From Eledone cirrhosa (Eukaryota): a stretch of DNA of 64,000 nucleotides. The notes under the pieces are model-generated. The model was not told where the DNA came from and ran no database searches. It was given only the letters and a program-made list of their open reading frames with translations. The DNA lies in NCBI GenBank assembly GCA_964016885.1, contig OZ024740.1, forward strand, positions 372,001-436,000, written 5' to 3'. Position numbers and translations under genes: made by a program. This document shows, one piece after another, positions 17,054-29,556 of this stretch (position 1 is the stretch's first letter; the number at the start of each line of letters is the position of its first letter).

Positions 17054-17455
17054 TGGTGGCTGCCAACTCGTTTTCGAGTACGGCCACTACTTTATATCCA
17101 TGTAGGAGAAACCCTACTGATGCGCTGAACGAGTGTGACTTTTAAGTCCAGCCAGCGACTTGAAAACTCTGGTACAAACACTACACTTGTGACAATTATT
17201 GACACAGTGCAGGGCCCATGGTACCATGTGACGACAAGTGCAGAGAGATCTCCAGATACAAAGCAATGCCTGTGCCGTGAAGCTTTTATAGTGAGCAAAG
17301 GCACTGCACAAAGCCAGTCCCACTCTCTTAACCAAGATGATATTTACCAAAAAGAAGAACAAGTCAACATCATTGGATACCATCAGGGTTGCAGGTGTTA
17401 TATCAGAGTTTTCCTTCTCCTAGAATTCTGCCTTGACAAAGGCTAAGGGGTCATC
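17054..17455 (-). mobile_element. Short, probably internally deleted RTE-like derivative ending in a C2H2 zinc finger
   Basis: ORF 17114-17383 ends CSVCTRVFKSLAGLKSHTRSAH; 3' hairpin gtggccgtactcgaaaacgagttggcagccac abuts (TA)n. Confidence 0.55.
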
Positions 17456-18590
17456 ATATATATACACACACACAATCATACATTCTCTTTCAGACCGTAA
17501 AGTCAGGGATATCTGAGCAGAAATGAGAAGCTGTGATCTTCATTGTCTTAAAATATGACAGCTACAACTAAGAACCGAACTAAAATTGAAATTACAAATT
17601 CGAAAAACTTGAAAACGAAATAGCGATGAAGCCTGTAACTAGTCACCTAGTCTTCTAGAAATAGAAACTAAACTTCCCCCAGATCACACTATCGTATTAA
17701 ACAAAAAGGAAGAACACATTGCATAATTTAGTCCTAGATATACTATGCTGGATAATAAACCGGAATGGTCACAACTGGAGTGTCTGTAATGGTTAGTGTT
17801 CGAAAAGAAATTGTGCAGGAATTTCAATTTCTTTTTTAACCTAGCAAAGGAGGAGACATAACAACGCCCTCAGGTTGCGAGTTCCACTTGGCTAAACCCC
17901 TGACCGACAAAAAATTTGGTCTTCCAACTGTCCGGTACAAAAGGTCTTCTAAGTTTGTATGAATGGCCACAAAGTTGTCTCGTCACTTAACCCCGAAAAA
18001 GAGATCATCACAGCTAGTGTTACAGTGACCACTAAGTGATCTCTCAGCCCCAGGGAAGAGATCACCAGAGGAAGTTTTATAGTGACCATACATAAACTTG
18101 TACACTTGGACCCATGTAGGGATGTCAGAGACTAGGAGAGCTAAACAGCGACAATAACATTGAAAAAGCTATGACATAAACACAGCTGAAAACAACCATA
18201 ACAAGATATATATGTTTGTTATGCTTTCATTTACACATATGCATGTTTATATGTGTTGAATTCTAATTCAAATGGCAAAATTTGACACACTGAATCACTG
18301 CATGAAAGGGACAAATGTCTGTGGAATATTCAGCCACTTTCACTGATTAAATGAGTTGCTGTATATATATATATATACAGCAACTCATTTAATCAGTTAA
18401 AGTGATATATATACATAGTAAGGTGTATTATTGGTTGTGTCAAACGGTCCAATAAAATTTTGTCAGCAATATTAAGTTCTCCACGCTTTTGTATATCTCC
18501 AGTTCCATTTATGGGAACTATACAAGTGTCGTGATTAAAATGATTGGAAATTTATACCATGCCTTCGGATCTTTATTTTGATATATATAT

Positions 18591-18742
18591 AGGCTAAATA
18601 GTGTCTTGCTCTGGAGTCTCGCCTGATGACCCAGTGATAAACAGGCGAAACTCTGGGGGTAACAAGACCACTATTTAACCTTAATAAAATGAATATTAAA
18701 ACTCTACTTCGGTATTGAGTACTCTTTTTTACAAGCGTCAAC

Positions 18743-18745
<3 letters not shown>
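18591..18745 (+). mobile_element. Penelope/retrozyme-like relic with a hammerhead-like core inside a fold-back
   Basis: CTGATGA (18623) ... GAAAC (18647) ... GTA acaagac; arms of 18591-18681 are reverse complementary; downstream motif ctctac..gtattgagtac. Confidence 0.5.
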
Positions 18746-18808
<63 letters not shown>

Positions 18809-18846
18809 TTGCAAGGTTTTTGATATGAAATCGTGTGTCGAAACAA

Positions 18847-19026
18847 ATATTGTTATACTTGGGGAGGGTCATATTGCCAGAAATAATAACATAACACACT
18901 CACTGTTTGGTTGGTTTTCACTTCTGTATCTTTTATATCTCCATAGTTAATTTATTTGGCATCAATGTTTATCATTGACTGACCAATGGTCAAAAATACA
19001 GATATAAATACATATATAACTTTGTT

Positions 19027-19069
<43 letters not shown>

Positions 19070-19235
19070 GTATTTTTAACCATTGGTCAGTCAATGATAA
19101 ACATTGATTGCCAAATAAATTAACTATGGAGATATAAAAGATACAGAAGTGAAAACCAACCAAACAGTGAGTGTTATGTTATTATTTCTGGCAATATTAT
19201 TACAGCAATATGACCCTCCCCAAGTATAACAATAT
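18847..19235. repeat. Inverted duplication of about 160 bp around a (TA)n core
   Basis: 18847-19006 is the reverse complement of 19063-19235 apart from small indels. Confidence 0.92.
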
Positions 19236-20504
19236 ATATGAGAACGGTCAAAATTGGCGGCATGGCGTCAAAATATGTTTATATAAGGAAGCAAATATAT
19301 AAGACAAGCTAGGTAATAAATAGATATCAATATAAATAAGATACATACCAAACAGAACACTTCAGTTCTTGTTCCAGTTCATGTAATGCTAGTTGAGTTA
19401 TGGTTAAACCATCCTTTTCTGTCGTCACTTCTTCTGCACTTTCTGACATTGCCTCTTTTTTTTAGAAAATGTTGCACGATGTTCAGTTCCACAGACAACT
19501 TTTCCACAAGAATTAATTTACTTTCATTACCTGGCACAATTTTGAAGTATGTAACAGTGTTTAAATATCTAATAGCTCGATGTAATAATATAAACACGCA
19601 CTATATATTATTTGTTGTTCATTGCAATAATTTTTTTACCTTTATAAAGAAAGTTATCCAATTTTTTATCAGCGGTTTTTTAAAGATTTTTCTGGTGAAT
19701 ATGTATTTTCTTTGACGAGAGAAAAATAACAATTAATCGTCTGTTTATCAATGAAATCTCGACAGCTATCTATCTTTAACTAGATATACACTTATTTATC
19801 CATTTTTGGAAATATACATTTCTTTAAAACTACTTCCGAAAAGCGGTTCCATTCTCATTCAGTCATTTCCAAAGTTATTGTCCGTCTTCTTTCTCATCAT
19901 TCTTGTAATAAAAACTCTAAATATTCAACCTAAAACAACGTGTTTGTGTAAGGAACGTGCCGCCAACATTAAAGTGGGAGAGAGTTTTCCAGTTGAGTGA
20001 GGGTTGCTAGTTATTAATGCTAACCTAATTAGAGGGTAGGGTGGAATTGAAAGCACCTGCAAACAGGGAAGTTAGTCGTAGCTGAGTGTGTGGAGAAAGC
20101 TGAGAGTCGAATAGCGCAGACGAAACTTAAAGGGAGCTTGCAAGTAGTTGAGTGAAGGTTGATAAAGGTTTAAAACGAAATAGAAGGGAGGTTTATAGTT
20201 ATGAGTTGTAGACAAACTTGAAGTAATTTGAGAGAATAATTAAATTAAAGTTAATAAATACATTGATAGTACGGTACATTAATGTGTTAACGAGAACTAA
20301 TTATGCGGTAAACATATAAATAATATTACTCATTAATTAATAATATTTAGAATTCTTCGACAGATCGGAAATTGAGTGTTGTAAATAAAAATAAAATAAT
20401 CTCTAGTTGAGTGGCGTGAACATTAGACGGTTGTTAGTTTCGTCATTTTTTTTACTGTTTTGTTAAATTGAGAGAGAATGTTACTAATTGATTCAGTAAT
20501 GCAG

Positions 20505-20780
20505 ACTAAATTGCGCGCCATTTGCTGCTTGAAAGCGGAAGTGCTTTCATCTCCGTCCCGACAGTCTCCGCCTCTGATGGACGACTAAAGCAAGGGCGAT
20601 GGCCCATATTATCACAAACCCACATCTTTGATACTATGACGCTTTACCGCTTCACACAATCTATCTGGTTTGTTTCATAACACTACTAGCTTTGACTTTC
20701 AGTAAAAAATTTATTGCCATCAAGTGCGACTATATTACTGAAATACAAGGAGAACGCATCGACTTCCAAAGAAGGTAAGA
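20505..20780 (+). promoter_or_regulatory. Candidate promoter and first exon of a host transcript
   Basis: Local CpG enrichment, YY1-like CGCCATTT (20516), ETS-like GCGGAAGTG (20535) and donor AAG|GTAAGA at 20774/20775. Confidence 0.4.
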
Positions 20781-20821
20781 GTGGAATATAGTTGAATCGT
20801 CTGTACGTGTGTGTATGTATG

Positions 20822-20861
<40 letters not shown>

Positions 20862-20926
20862 GTAACTACTGACTGGTCATATAGTGAGATACTAGGTGGC
20901 TGTCGTCCCCCCCCCCCCCCCTTGTG

Positions 20927-20970
<44 letters not shown>

Positions 20971-21820
20971 TCCCATTGACAGACAAACCGACCATAATTT
21001 CGTGGTTTTTCTCTCAGATGTCTTTCATTCAACTAGACTCTCGTCTCTTAATCAGCTTTCATCACATCTATTTTCTCTGCTATATATTCTACGATCTCTT
21101 TCGTTTCGTATCCAATTTATGTATATTATATAGTATCAATCAAGCTACATTAAATAGTCATATTTGATCTACGTATATTTATAAGGCTCTCCATATATTT
21201 ACCTATAATATATATAGTGTATGTAATGATCTACCTATCGAAATAATATGGCATAACTACAGTTTAATGCCCTCCCCCCTTCCGACTTTGTTTCCTTATA
21301 ACTTTCTTATTAATGTATATTTTTAATTTTACAGAGATTCCTTTCCCATGCCCTACATTACGTTCATTTCTTCTTTTTTTTCTTTACATTTACTGAATAC
21401 TTTCGATTTGATTCTGTAGTAGATTCAACGTAAATTAGGAAATCTTTTTCATCATGCCTTCCAAATTTGTGTTAATAACGAATAACATCAATTAGAATAA
21501 TGTCAGCTTTTCTACAACTACAGATTGTGATTCTTTTTCTTCTAATTTTAAATTTCATTAACATAATCGTAATGTACACCTTCCAAAGCGTATCTGAAAA
21601 ATTCCATTAACAAATATACATTACTAAGAAAGGGAGGCACTATATTATATACTATTTATCTATCATGTATTTATGTATTTCTTATAATATAGTATTTATC
21701 TACCATATATCTATGTATTTACCTTATGATATAGTAGCTATCTATATTATAAGTATATATAGTATATCATCTATGTATATTTCAATATATCTACATTATA
21801 TAGTCTCTATAGGATTTAAA

Positions 21821-22163
21821 AGGGTTAACACCCCCTTCTGTGACGGATGACCATGGGATTTGCACCTAGAAAATTCCCACCGAGGCAAAAGTCCAGGCAA
21901 AGTGCTTTTGTGGAAGCCGTTACCCCTACATACAAATTCCCCTCTCCGTACCACCGATGTTGTCCAAGAGAGAGGCAATACTGGGTACTAGTGACGTATA
22001 TCTACACCCTATATAATGTCCGAAGGCGAAAGCTTGGCACACAAAACATTTGTACAGCTGAGTGAACTGCTCAAGGACACAACACACAGCTTAGTCCGGG
22101 AATCGAACTCACAACTACATAATTGTAAAGCCAACGTTCTAACCACTAAGCCATACACCTTCA
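21821..22163 (-). mobile_element. tRNA/CORE-type SINE with a tail different from the family-A partner SINE
   Basis: Minus strand: tggcttagtggttag A box, gagttcgattc B box, tgtgtccttgagca and cactcagctgta core remnants. Confidence 0.75.
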
Positions 22164-22570
22164 CAGTGTATAATGTAGTGTCTACATTACTATACAATAT
22201 AGTATCGATAAATTTGTCTTCGTAACTATATTATTGTACAGTATCTTCAATATATTTTATCTTACCCACCTAGCAGCCTATCTACGTATATGTATGTATA
22301 CTATATGTGCGTGTGTGTATATTATCTATATATCTACGTTATATTATATATAATATAGTCCTTGATATGTCAAACACTTGGATATCTTTCATCATTGGTC
22401 TGTTCAACGAAGACTGCCCTTTAACTAAACAACCATACACACACATATATATTTATAATATATAGATTCCCGAGTTGTGTCGACGGTAGTTGAAAAGGTA
22501 CTCAATACGTTGGTAGAGTGTAGGCATCTTTATTATATATATATATAGAGAGAGAGAGAGAAAAATGAGA

Positions 22571-22613
22571 TCTACAGGACTAGAACTGTTTCAATCGTAT
22601 GAAATCATCAGGA
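22571..22613 (-). ncRNA. Hammerhead-ribozyme-like core with truncated stem I; degenerate paralogs at 23331-23373 and 41355-41474
   Basis: tc-CTGATGA-tttcatacgatt-GAA-Acag[ttctagtc]ctgT-A-ga. Stem III is 4 bp; stems I and II are weak. Confidence 0.5.
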
Positions 22614-23028
22614 ATATATATATATATATTTGAATTATCGTGTTCGTGTGTCTATATCTTTATTCTAAATGCCCATCTATTCGAAATTTTCATTTTCGAT
22701 AAAAATTCACTTCAGTTCTATTGATGTTCTCTGCTAAACATTATATATATATACATATATTCTCACCCACGAAAAAAAGGTAGAAAGATGGTGATAATCA
22801 ACAAACCATCATTCATTTTTCAGATATGTACACACAGACTCACATATCAATGAATATTTATGAAAAATCAGGCATAAAAGGAACAAACATTTCGCTCAGT
22901 GGGTACTCAATACCTTTTAAATTGAACATAAAAATTTATTTTTATGAGGAAAATACTAGAGTGACTTCAAAGGTAGTCTGATGAAGTAGATCAGAAGTAA
23001 AACTTAGAAGTCCCTGTCAACGTTTTCC

Positions 23029-23087
<59 letters not shown>

Positions 23088-23469
23088 GTGAGGTTTTTTT
23101 TTTACAAAATGAAAAATAACCGAGGTGTCCTACATGAGTGAAAGTATAAATAAAAAAAGATGAAATCGAAAATGCAACTGGAGTCTTATTTTTTTTTAAA
23201 TATATATATTTATTTGGTTCCTTTACCGGTTTCGCAGTTCTGCTTTTCAAAAGTAGAGTTGAGATGGGGGGTCTGTGGTTTTTCTCACATTATACATATA
23301 TATATATATATATATAATGTGTGCGTAAATTCTACAGGACTAGAACTGTTTCATTCATATGAAATCACCAGGGATATGTATAAAGATGCCTACACTCTAC
23401 TAACGTATTGAGTACCTTTTTTTAACTGGTTTCCCCCGACACAACTCGGGAACCTACATATTATATATA

Positions 23470-23546
23470 CAGGGTGTCCCAAAAAATGTATACACACTTT
23501 GATTAGAATACTCTTGAAGTGTGTATACATTTTGGGGGACACCCTG
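23470..23546. mobile_element. 77-bp palindromic Tc1/mariner-type MITE
   Basis: TA|cagggtgtcccaaaaaatgtatacacactt...aagtgtgtatacattttgggggacaccctg|TA; second copy at 35687-35763. Confidence 0.88.
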
Positions 23547-24199
23547 TATGTGTGTGTGTGTGTGTATGTATATACACACGTATACATATATATACTATAT
23601 ATATATCTATCTGTGTGTGAAATAATAAAGCAAGAGGCATTGGTTTCTGTGTAGCAGAACTATTAGATATGGAATGAAGAAGGTTCTACTATATTGGTGT
23701 CTGTGTGTCAGAGAATCAGAGAAAGATTCTCAAATGCCTGCTTCACTTTATGGAGTTCTTTATCTCAGAATTATTTTATTGGTCAATTTATTTTCCAACT
23801 TCATCTTATATTGGATGGATATATTTATAATATAACGTGTGTGTGTATGTATATATATTTAAAATGTAGTCATCCCAATATAAAGACTAATAAGTCGATC
23901 ACTATAATTTTTTTTTAGTCACAACACTTTCAAATCTTTAATTATATAATTACAGGATTTTGAAATACAGATTAATAGAAAAAGAATGAAAATATAAACA
24001 GAGCATATAAATAAATTTACAGTAGAATAACATAACAAATATGTTTTAAATATATACATAAATAACATTACAAATGTCTCGGTAACACTTCAAAGGATGT
24101 TACAATGAAAGATATATTCTTTTAATGTTACAATATTAAAGAAAATGTAAAGGAAGGGGTGAACAACGGAGCCGACAGCAGCGAGGGGTATTGGGCAAC

Positions 24200-24413
24200 C
24201 TCTTTAATGAGTTTTGAGGCAAACCAGCACACTGGCAGCGTTGCCTCGGGTGATGGCGAGACTGAGGTGCTGAAACAGCCAAGCACCCTCGCGAGATTCG
24301 CCAGTTACCTCTATTAGGCGAGCCAGTGAGGAAAGGAACCTCGCAGTCAGCGGCCCAAACGTCTCTAAAGCCACAGATTGAAAAATGTAGCTGGCCGACA
24401 GATCAGAGTATTT
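24200..24413 (-). mobile_element. Relic of a CRE-type (restriction-like endonuclease) non-LTR retrotransposon C-terminus
   Basis: Manual translation with a frameshift: KYSDLSASYIFQSVALETFGP...VTGESREGAWLFQHLSLAITRGNAASVL, matching the KY..F.P.A.ET.G...QRGNAA pattern. Confidence 0.7.
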
Positions 24414-24909
24414 GAGGGCTATAAATTATAGTTGAAAAAGTCGGGTAGAGTACCCCTGGTGATACAGAAGTGCCACACTTTCCCCTTTTTTCCGTCACTA
24501 GGAGTACTTTACCCAACTGGAACACATAATAGAGTAATAGTTAGAATTTATAGAGATCTACTATTGTTATAGTCTCTACGTTGGGACGACCACATATCAG
24601 ATTTTTCCAATGCTTAAGTCCATAGAATATATACATGTGTTTGTTTGTATATAAGTGTGTCTATTTATAGATATGTATATATATATATATACACACGCTC
24701 ATCTATATATGTGTCTATAGTATAACACTACCGTTTCTGTAGAATAACTCGGTATTTGTTGCTTCTTTATTCAATTATACGCACACACGAGTTTATGTAT
24801 AATAATGTGTATATGTTTATCAATTTTAACATATATATATATAGTAGATGCTTATATTATATACATATATTTCTCTCTTCTAGATGTTTATATATATATA
24901 TATATATTA

Positions 24910-24950
<41 letters not shown>

Positions 24951-24984
24951 TAATAAATGGAAACTATATTTATAAAACCATATT

Positions 24985-25050
24985 TATTTTATTATACATA
25001 TTTCAAGGACAACCAAGGCAAATTATGGTGCGCTTTCATCAGATAAAATA
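24985..25050 (-). ncRNA. Type-I hammerhead ribozyme fold
   Basis: tattttat-CTGATGA-aagcgcacca...tggttgtcctt-GAA-AtatgtaT-A-ataaaata. Perfect 8-bp stem I, quasi-palindromic stem III, AUA site. Confidence 0.7.
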
Positions 25051-25290
25051 CAGATTTGTTTTATAAATAAATATTGACATACCCGGAAAAAAAAAAAGAG
25101 ACAACCTTAACGGTTGAGGCTTCCTGGATAGTGGAGATAGTACATTTATTGGGGGTGATACAAAATTATGAGTGTACAAAAGGTTGAAAAGATAACGGTT
25201 TATTTAAATTAATCTGTTGGAAGAAGGTGATATGTAAGGGAGAGAGAAAAAAAATATATATGTATTAGATGTTGGTGTGTATATATATAT

Positions 25291-25731
25291 ATCATCATCA
25301 TCATCGTTTAACGTCCATATTCCACGCTTGTATGGGATTGGACGGGATTTTTCCCACTTGAGGCAAGAGTGGTTGTCTTGCTCGCATAGAACTGTCTGGC
25401 GGGTTTTCTACGGCTGGATGCCCTTCCTAACACCAACCACATTTACAGTTAGTAACTGGGAGGTTTTTACCATGTTACCTACACGGCCACATTACAGCGT
25501 GGACTGTGTGTTGTTTTGTCGTGACACCTACAGGACCTCATTTGTTTTGGGCTGGATGTTGTGGTACCAACATAACTTTACATTGAAAGAGGTGGGGGTA
25601 GTGGGACGGGGATGTATTTTGTTAGAGGTGCCTACTGACTGTAGTAGGTTCACTTTGTACTTAGATAAGGCGGGTCTTCTCTATTACTGTGTAGCGCCAA
25701 AGATCTCGGTCCAGTGACATTGTCTTGGAGA
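25291..25731 (-). mobile_element. RTE family B 3' fragment
   Basis: Reverse complement of about 28897-29318; starts with (CAT)n beside (TA)n. Confidence 0.9.
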
Positions 25732-26098
25732 TATATATATATATTAGATGTTAGTATATATATATATATATATATATTAGATGTTATATATATATATATA
25801 TATATATAAGATGTTATATATATATAAGATGTTATATATATATATATAAGATGTTATATATATATAAGATGTTATATATATATAAGATGTTATATATATA
25901 TAAGATGTTATATATATATAAGATGTTATATATATATAAGATGTTATATATATATATATTAGATGTTATATATATATATATATTAGATGTTATATATATA
26001 TATATTAGATGTTATATATATATTAGATGTTATATATATATATATTAGATGTTATATATATATTAGATGTTATATATATATATATATAAGATGTTATG

Positions 26099-26133
<35 letters not shown>

Positions 26134-26141
26134 ATGTTATG

Positions 26142-26179
<38 letters not shown>

Positions 26180-26525
26180 TGTTATATATATATATATATT
26201 AGATGTTATATATATATATTAGATGTTATATATATATATATATTAGATGTTATATATATATATTAGATGTTATATATATATATATATTAGATGTTATATA
26301 TATATATTAGATGTTATATATATATATATATTAGATGTTATATATATATATTAGATGTTATATATATATATATATTAGATGTTATATATATATATTAGAT
26401 GTTATATATATATATATATTAGATGTTATATATATATATTAGATGTTATATATATATATATTAGATGTTATATATATATATATTAGATGTTATATATATA
26501 TATATTATACTAGATGTTATATATA
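25732..26525. repeat. (TA)n-TAGATGT compound satellite, block 1
   Basis: Directly visible. Confidence 0.97.
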
Positions 26526-26631
26526 AGTATGTACACGTACATACATATATGTGTACAGACGTACAGTAGTATGTATATATATATATACATACATGAACAC
26601 ATATATATGTACGTATGAATTTACCGAACAT

Positions 26632-29318
26632 TTATATCCTTACCAGAAGACGTGATGGAGTGTCTGTCGTAAACACTAAATCCCTCCCCCATGAAGAATG
26701 CACCTCCCAACATAGACTCGTAGTCTGGACAAGACATACTCGACAACAGAGGAGGACTATCCTAAGGTGAAAAATATAAGCTAAAGGACCCCACAATCAG
26801 TAATAAATTTAAAAGCATATTACTTGATGCTTTTGACAGTAAGGAAGAGCAATTAGAGTCGTACAATATAGAGGAACAGTGGGAATTCCTAAAAGCTAAC
26901 CTGCTGAAGGCGGCAGATGATGTCTTTGGCTGGAGCAGGCCTATAGGCAGGAGGAGAGTAACGTGGTGGTGGAACATTAAGGTGGAGGAGTCAATTAACG
27001 CCAAAAAGCAGGCTTGGAAAGTATGGCGGGATGGGGGAAGTAGAGAAGACTATCAAGTGGCCAGGAGGGAAGCTAGGAGACAAGTGTACTTCGCAAGAAG
27101 GGAAGCAGAGGAAAGAAAGTTCAAGCATGTTCTACAACGCGAGGACCAAAAACGTGAGGTGTTCAGGATTGCTAGGCAGTGTCAAGGAAAACATTGATAT
27201 TCTCGGGGAGAAGTGTGTCCTTAATGATGATGGTGTACTTGCCATCACTGACGTTGATAAGAAGGTAGCTTGGAAGTGTCACTACGAAAGGCTACTAAAT
27301 GAGGAGAATAAATGGGAGAAAGACAGTCTCCCCCACATCGATCCAATAGAGGGACCAGCAGTGCTAGTTGAAGGTAGTATAATAAGTAAGGCAATCAAAG
27401 ATATGAAGACGGGTAAGGAGGCTGGGCCTTCGGAAATAGTTGCTGAAATTCTGAAAGCATCTGGAACGGTGGGACACACTATGGTCACCCGGATAGTAAA
27501 CGAAGTCATACAGAATGGGGTCGTTTCGAAGGACTGGCGCAGCAGCATCATCATTAACTGCTACAAGGGTAAAGGAGATGCCCTAGATAGGGGTAACTAT
27601 AGAGGCATTAAATTAATCGACCAGGTCATGAAGGTCACAGAAAAAGTAATAGCGCAACTAATCTGAGAGTGAATTGATCTAGATGAAATGCAGTTCGGGG
27701 TTTGTGTCAGGTAAAAGTACCACAGACGCTCTTTTCATTGTACGACAACTACAGGAGAAGTACCTAGCTAAAAGTAAACCCCTATACTTAGCTTTTGTTG
27801 ACTTGGAGAAAGCCTTTGACAGAGTCCCCCGCTCCATTATCTGGTGGGCTCTTAGAAAACTAGGTGTTGATGAATGGCTTGTGAGAGCTATACAAGCCAT
27901 GTATAAAGAAACAGTCAGCAAGGTTAGAATTAACAACGAATATAGTGAAGAGTTTAGCGTAAAGGTTGGTGTTCATCAGGGCTCCGTCCTTAGCCCCCTC
28001 CTATTTATTATTGCCCTTCAGGCTATAACAGGAGTTCAAGACCGGCTGCCCATGGGAACTCCTATACCGCAGATGATCTAACGCTCATAGCTGAATCAAT
28101 GGCAGAACTAGAGAAGAAATTCCAAATATGGAAGCATGGCCTAGAATCAAAAGGCCTTAAAATTAACCTGTCTAAGACTAAAGTTCTAGTGTGTAGGAAA
28201 GGAGTAGGCAGAAACTCCATTTTATGTCCCAAATGCAAAGTTTGGGTGCATAAAAGATGTAGTGGGATCACAGGTAAGCTAACTAAGAATATAGATTTTA
28301 TATGTGGCCAGTGCTCTGGTGCAATAAGTAGCAGCAAGTGCCCACAAAATACTAGCTCATTCCATTGCACAGATGGTTCTATAGAAATAGTGGACACCTT
28401 CCGTTACCTGGGTGACAAAATCAGCAGTGGTGGAGGGAGCTCCGAAAGTACAGTAGCTAGAGTCAGAACGGGATGGAAAAAGTTCAGAGAGCTTATACCA
28501 CTATTGGCCGCTAAAGGTTTCTCTCTAAAAATGAAAGGCAGGCTGTATGATGCCTGCATACGAACAGCAATGTTGCATGGCAGTGAGACCTGGGCATTGT
28601 GTGCAGAGGATATACGCAGACAGGAGAGGAACGAAGCTTGCATGCTCCGCTGGATGTGTAATAGTAATATACGTGAACGGCAAAGCATAAATGAACTAAG
28701 GGAGAAATTAGGAATAAGAGGGATCAGATACTGTTTATTCGAGAGAAGACTACGTTGGTACGGTTACGTGATGCGCATGAAAGACGACAGCTGTATAAAA
28801 AAGTGCAGGTCGATAATAATAGACAGTAGCTACGGAGTAGGCAGACCCAGAAAAACCTGGGACGACTTGCTAAATTCCGCCCTCACACACTTACACCTCT
28901 CCAAGACAATGTCACTGGACCGAGATCTTTGACGATACACAGTAATACAGAAGACCCGCCTTGCCTCAGTACAAAGCGAAACCTACAGTCAGTAGGCACC
29001 TCTAACAAAATACACCCCAGCCCCACTACCCCCACCCCATCCACACCACCCCTTCCAATGTAAAGTTATATTAGTACCACAGCATCCAGTCTGAAACAAA
29101 TGAGGGTGTCACGACAAAAAAACACACAGTCCACGCTGTAATGTGGCCGTGTAAGTAACACGGTAAAAACCTCCCAGTCCACACTGTAAACGTGGTTGGC
29201 GTTAGGAAGGGCATCGAGCCGTAGAGAACCCGCCAACCAATCTTGCCTCAAGTGGGAAAATTCCCGTCGAAACCCATGCTAGCGTGGAAGATGGACGTTA
29301 AACGATGATGATGATGAT
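26632..29318 (+). mobile_element. RTE family B, 5'-truncated copy with several frameshifts
   Basis: ORFs 26982-28932 cover the linker, RT and C-terminus; colinear with 61088-63820; ATG tail runs into TA satellite. Confidence 0.94.
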
Positions 29319-29556
29319 ATATATATATTAGATGTTATATATATATATTAGATGTTATATATATATATATATATATATATTAGATGTTATATATATATAT
29401 ATATTAGATGTTATATATATATTAGATGTTATATATATATATATATTAGATGTTATATATATATTAGATGTTATATATATATATATATATTAGATGTTAT
29501 ATATATATTAGATCTTATATATATATATATTAGATGTTATATATATTAGATGTTAT

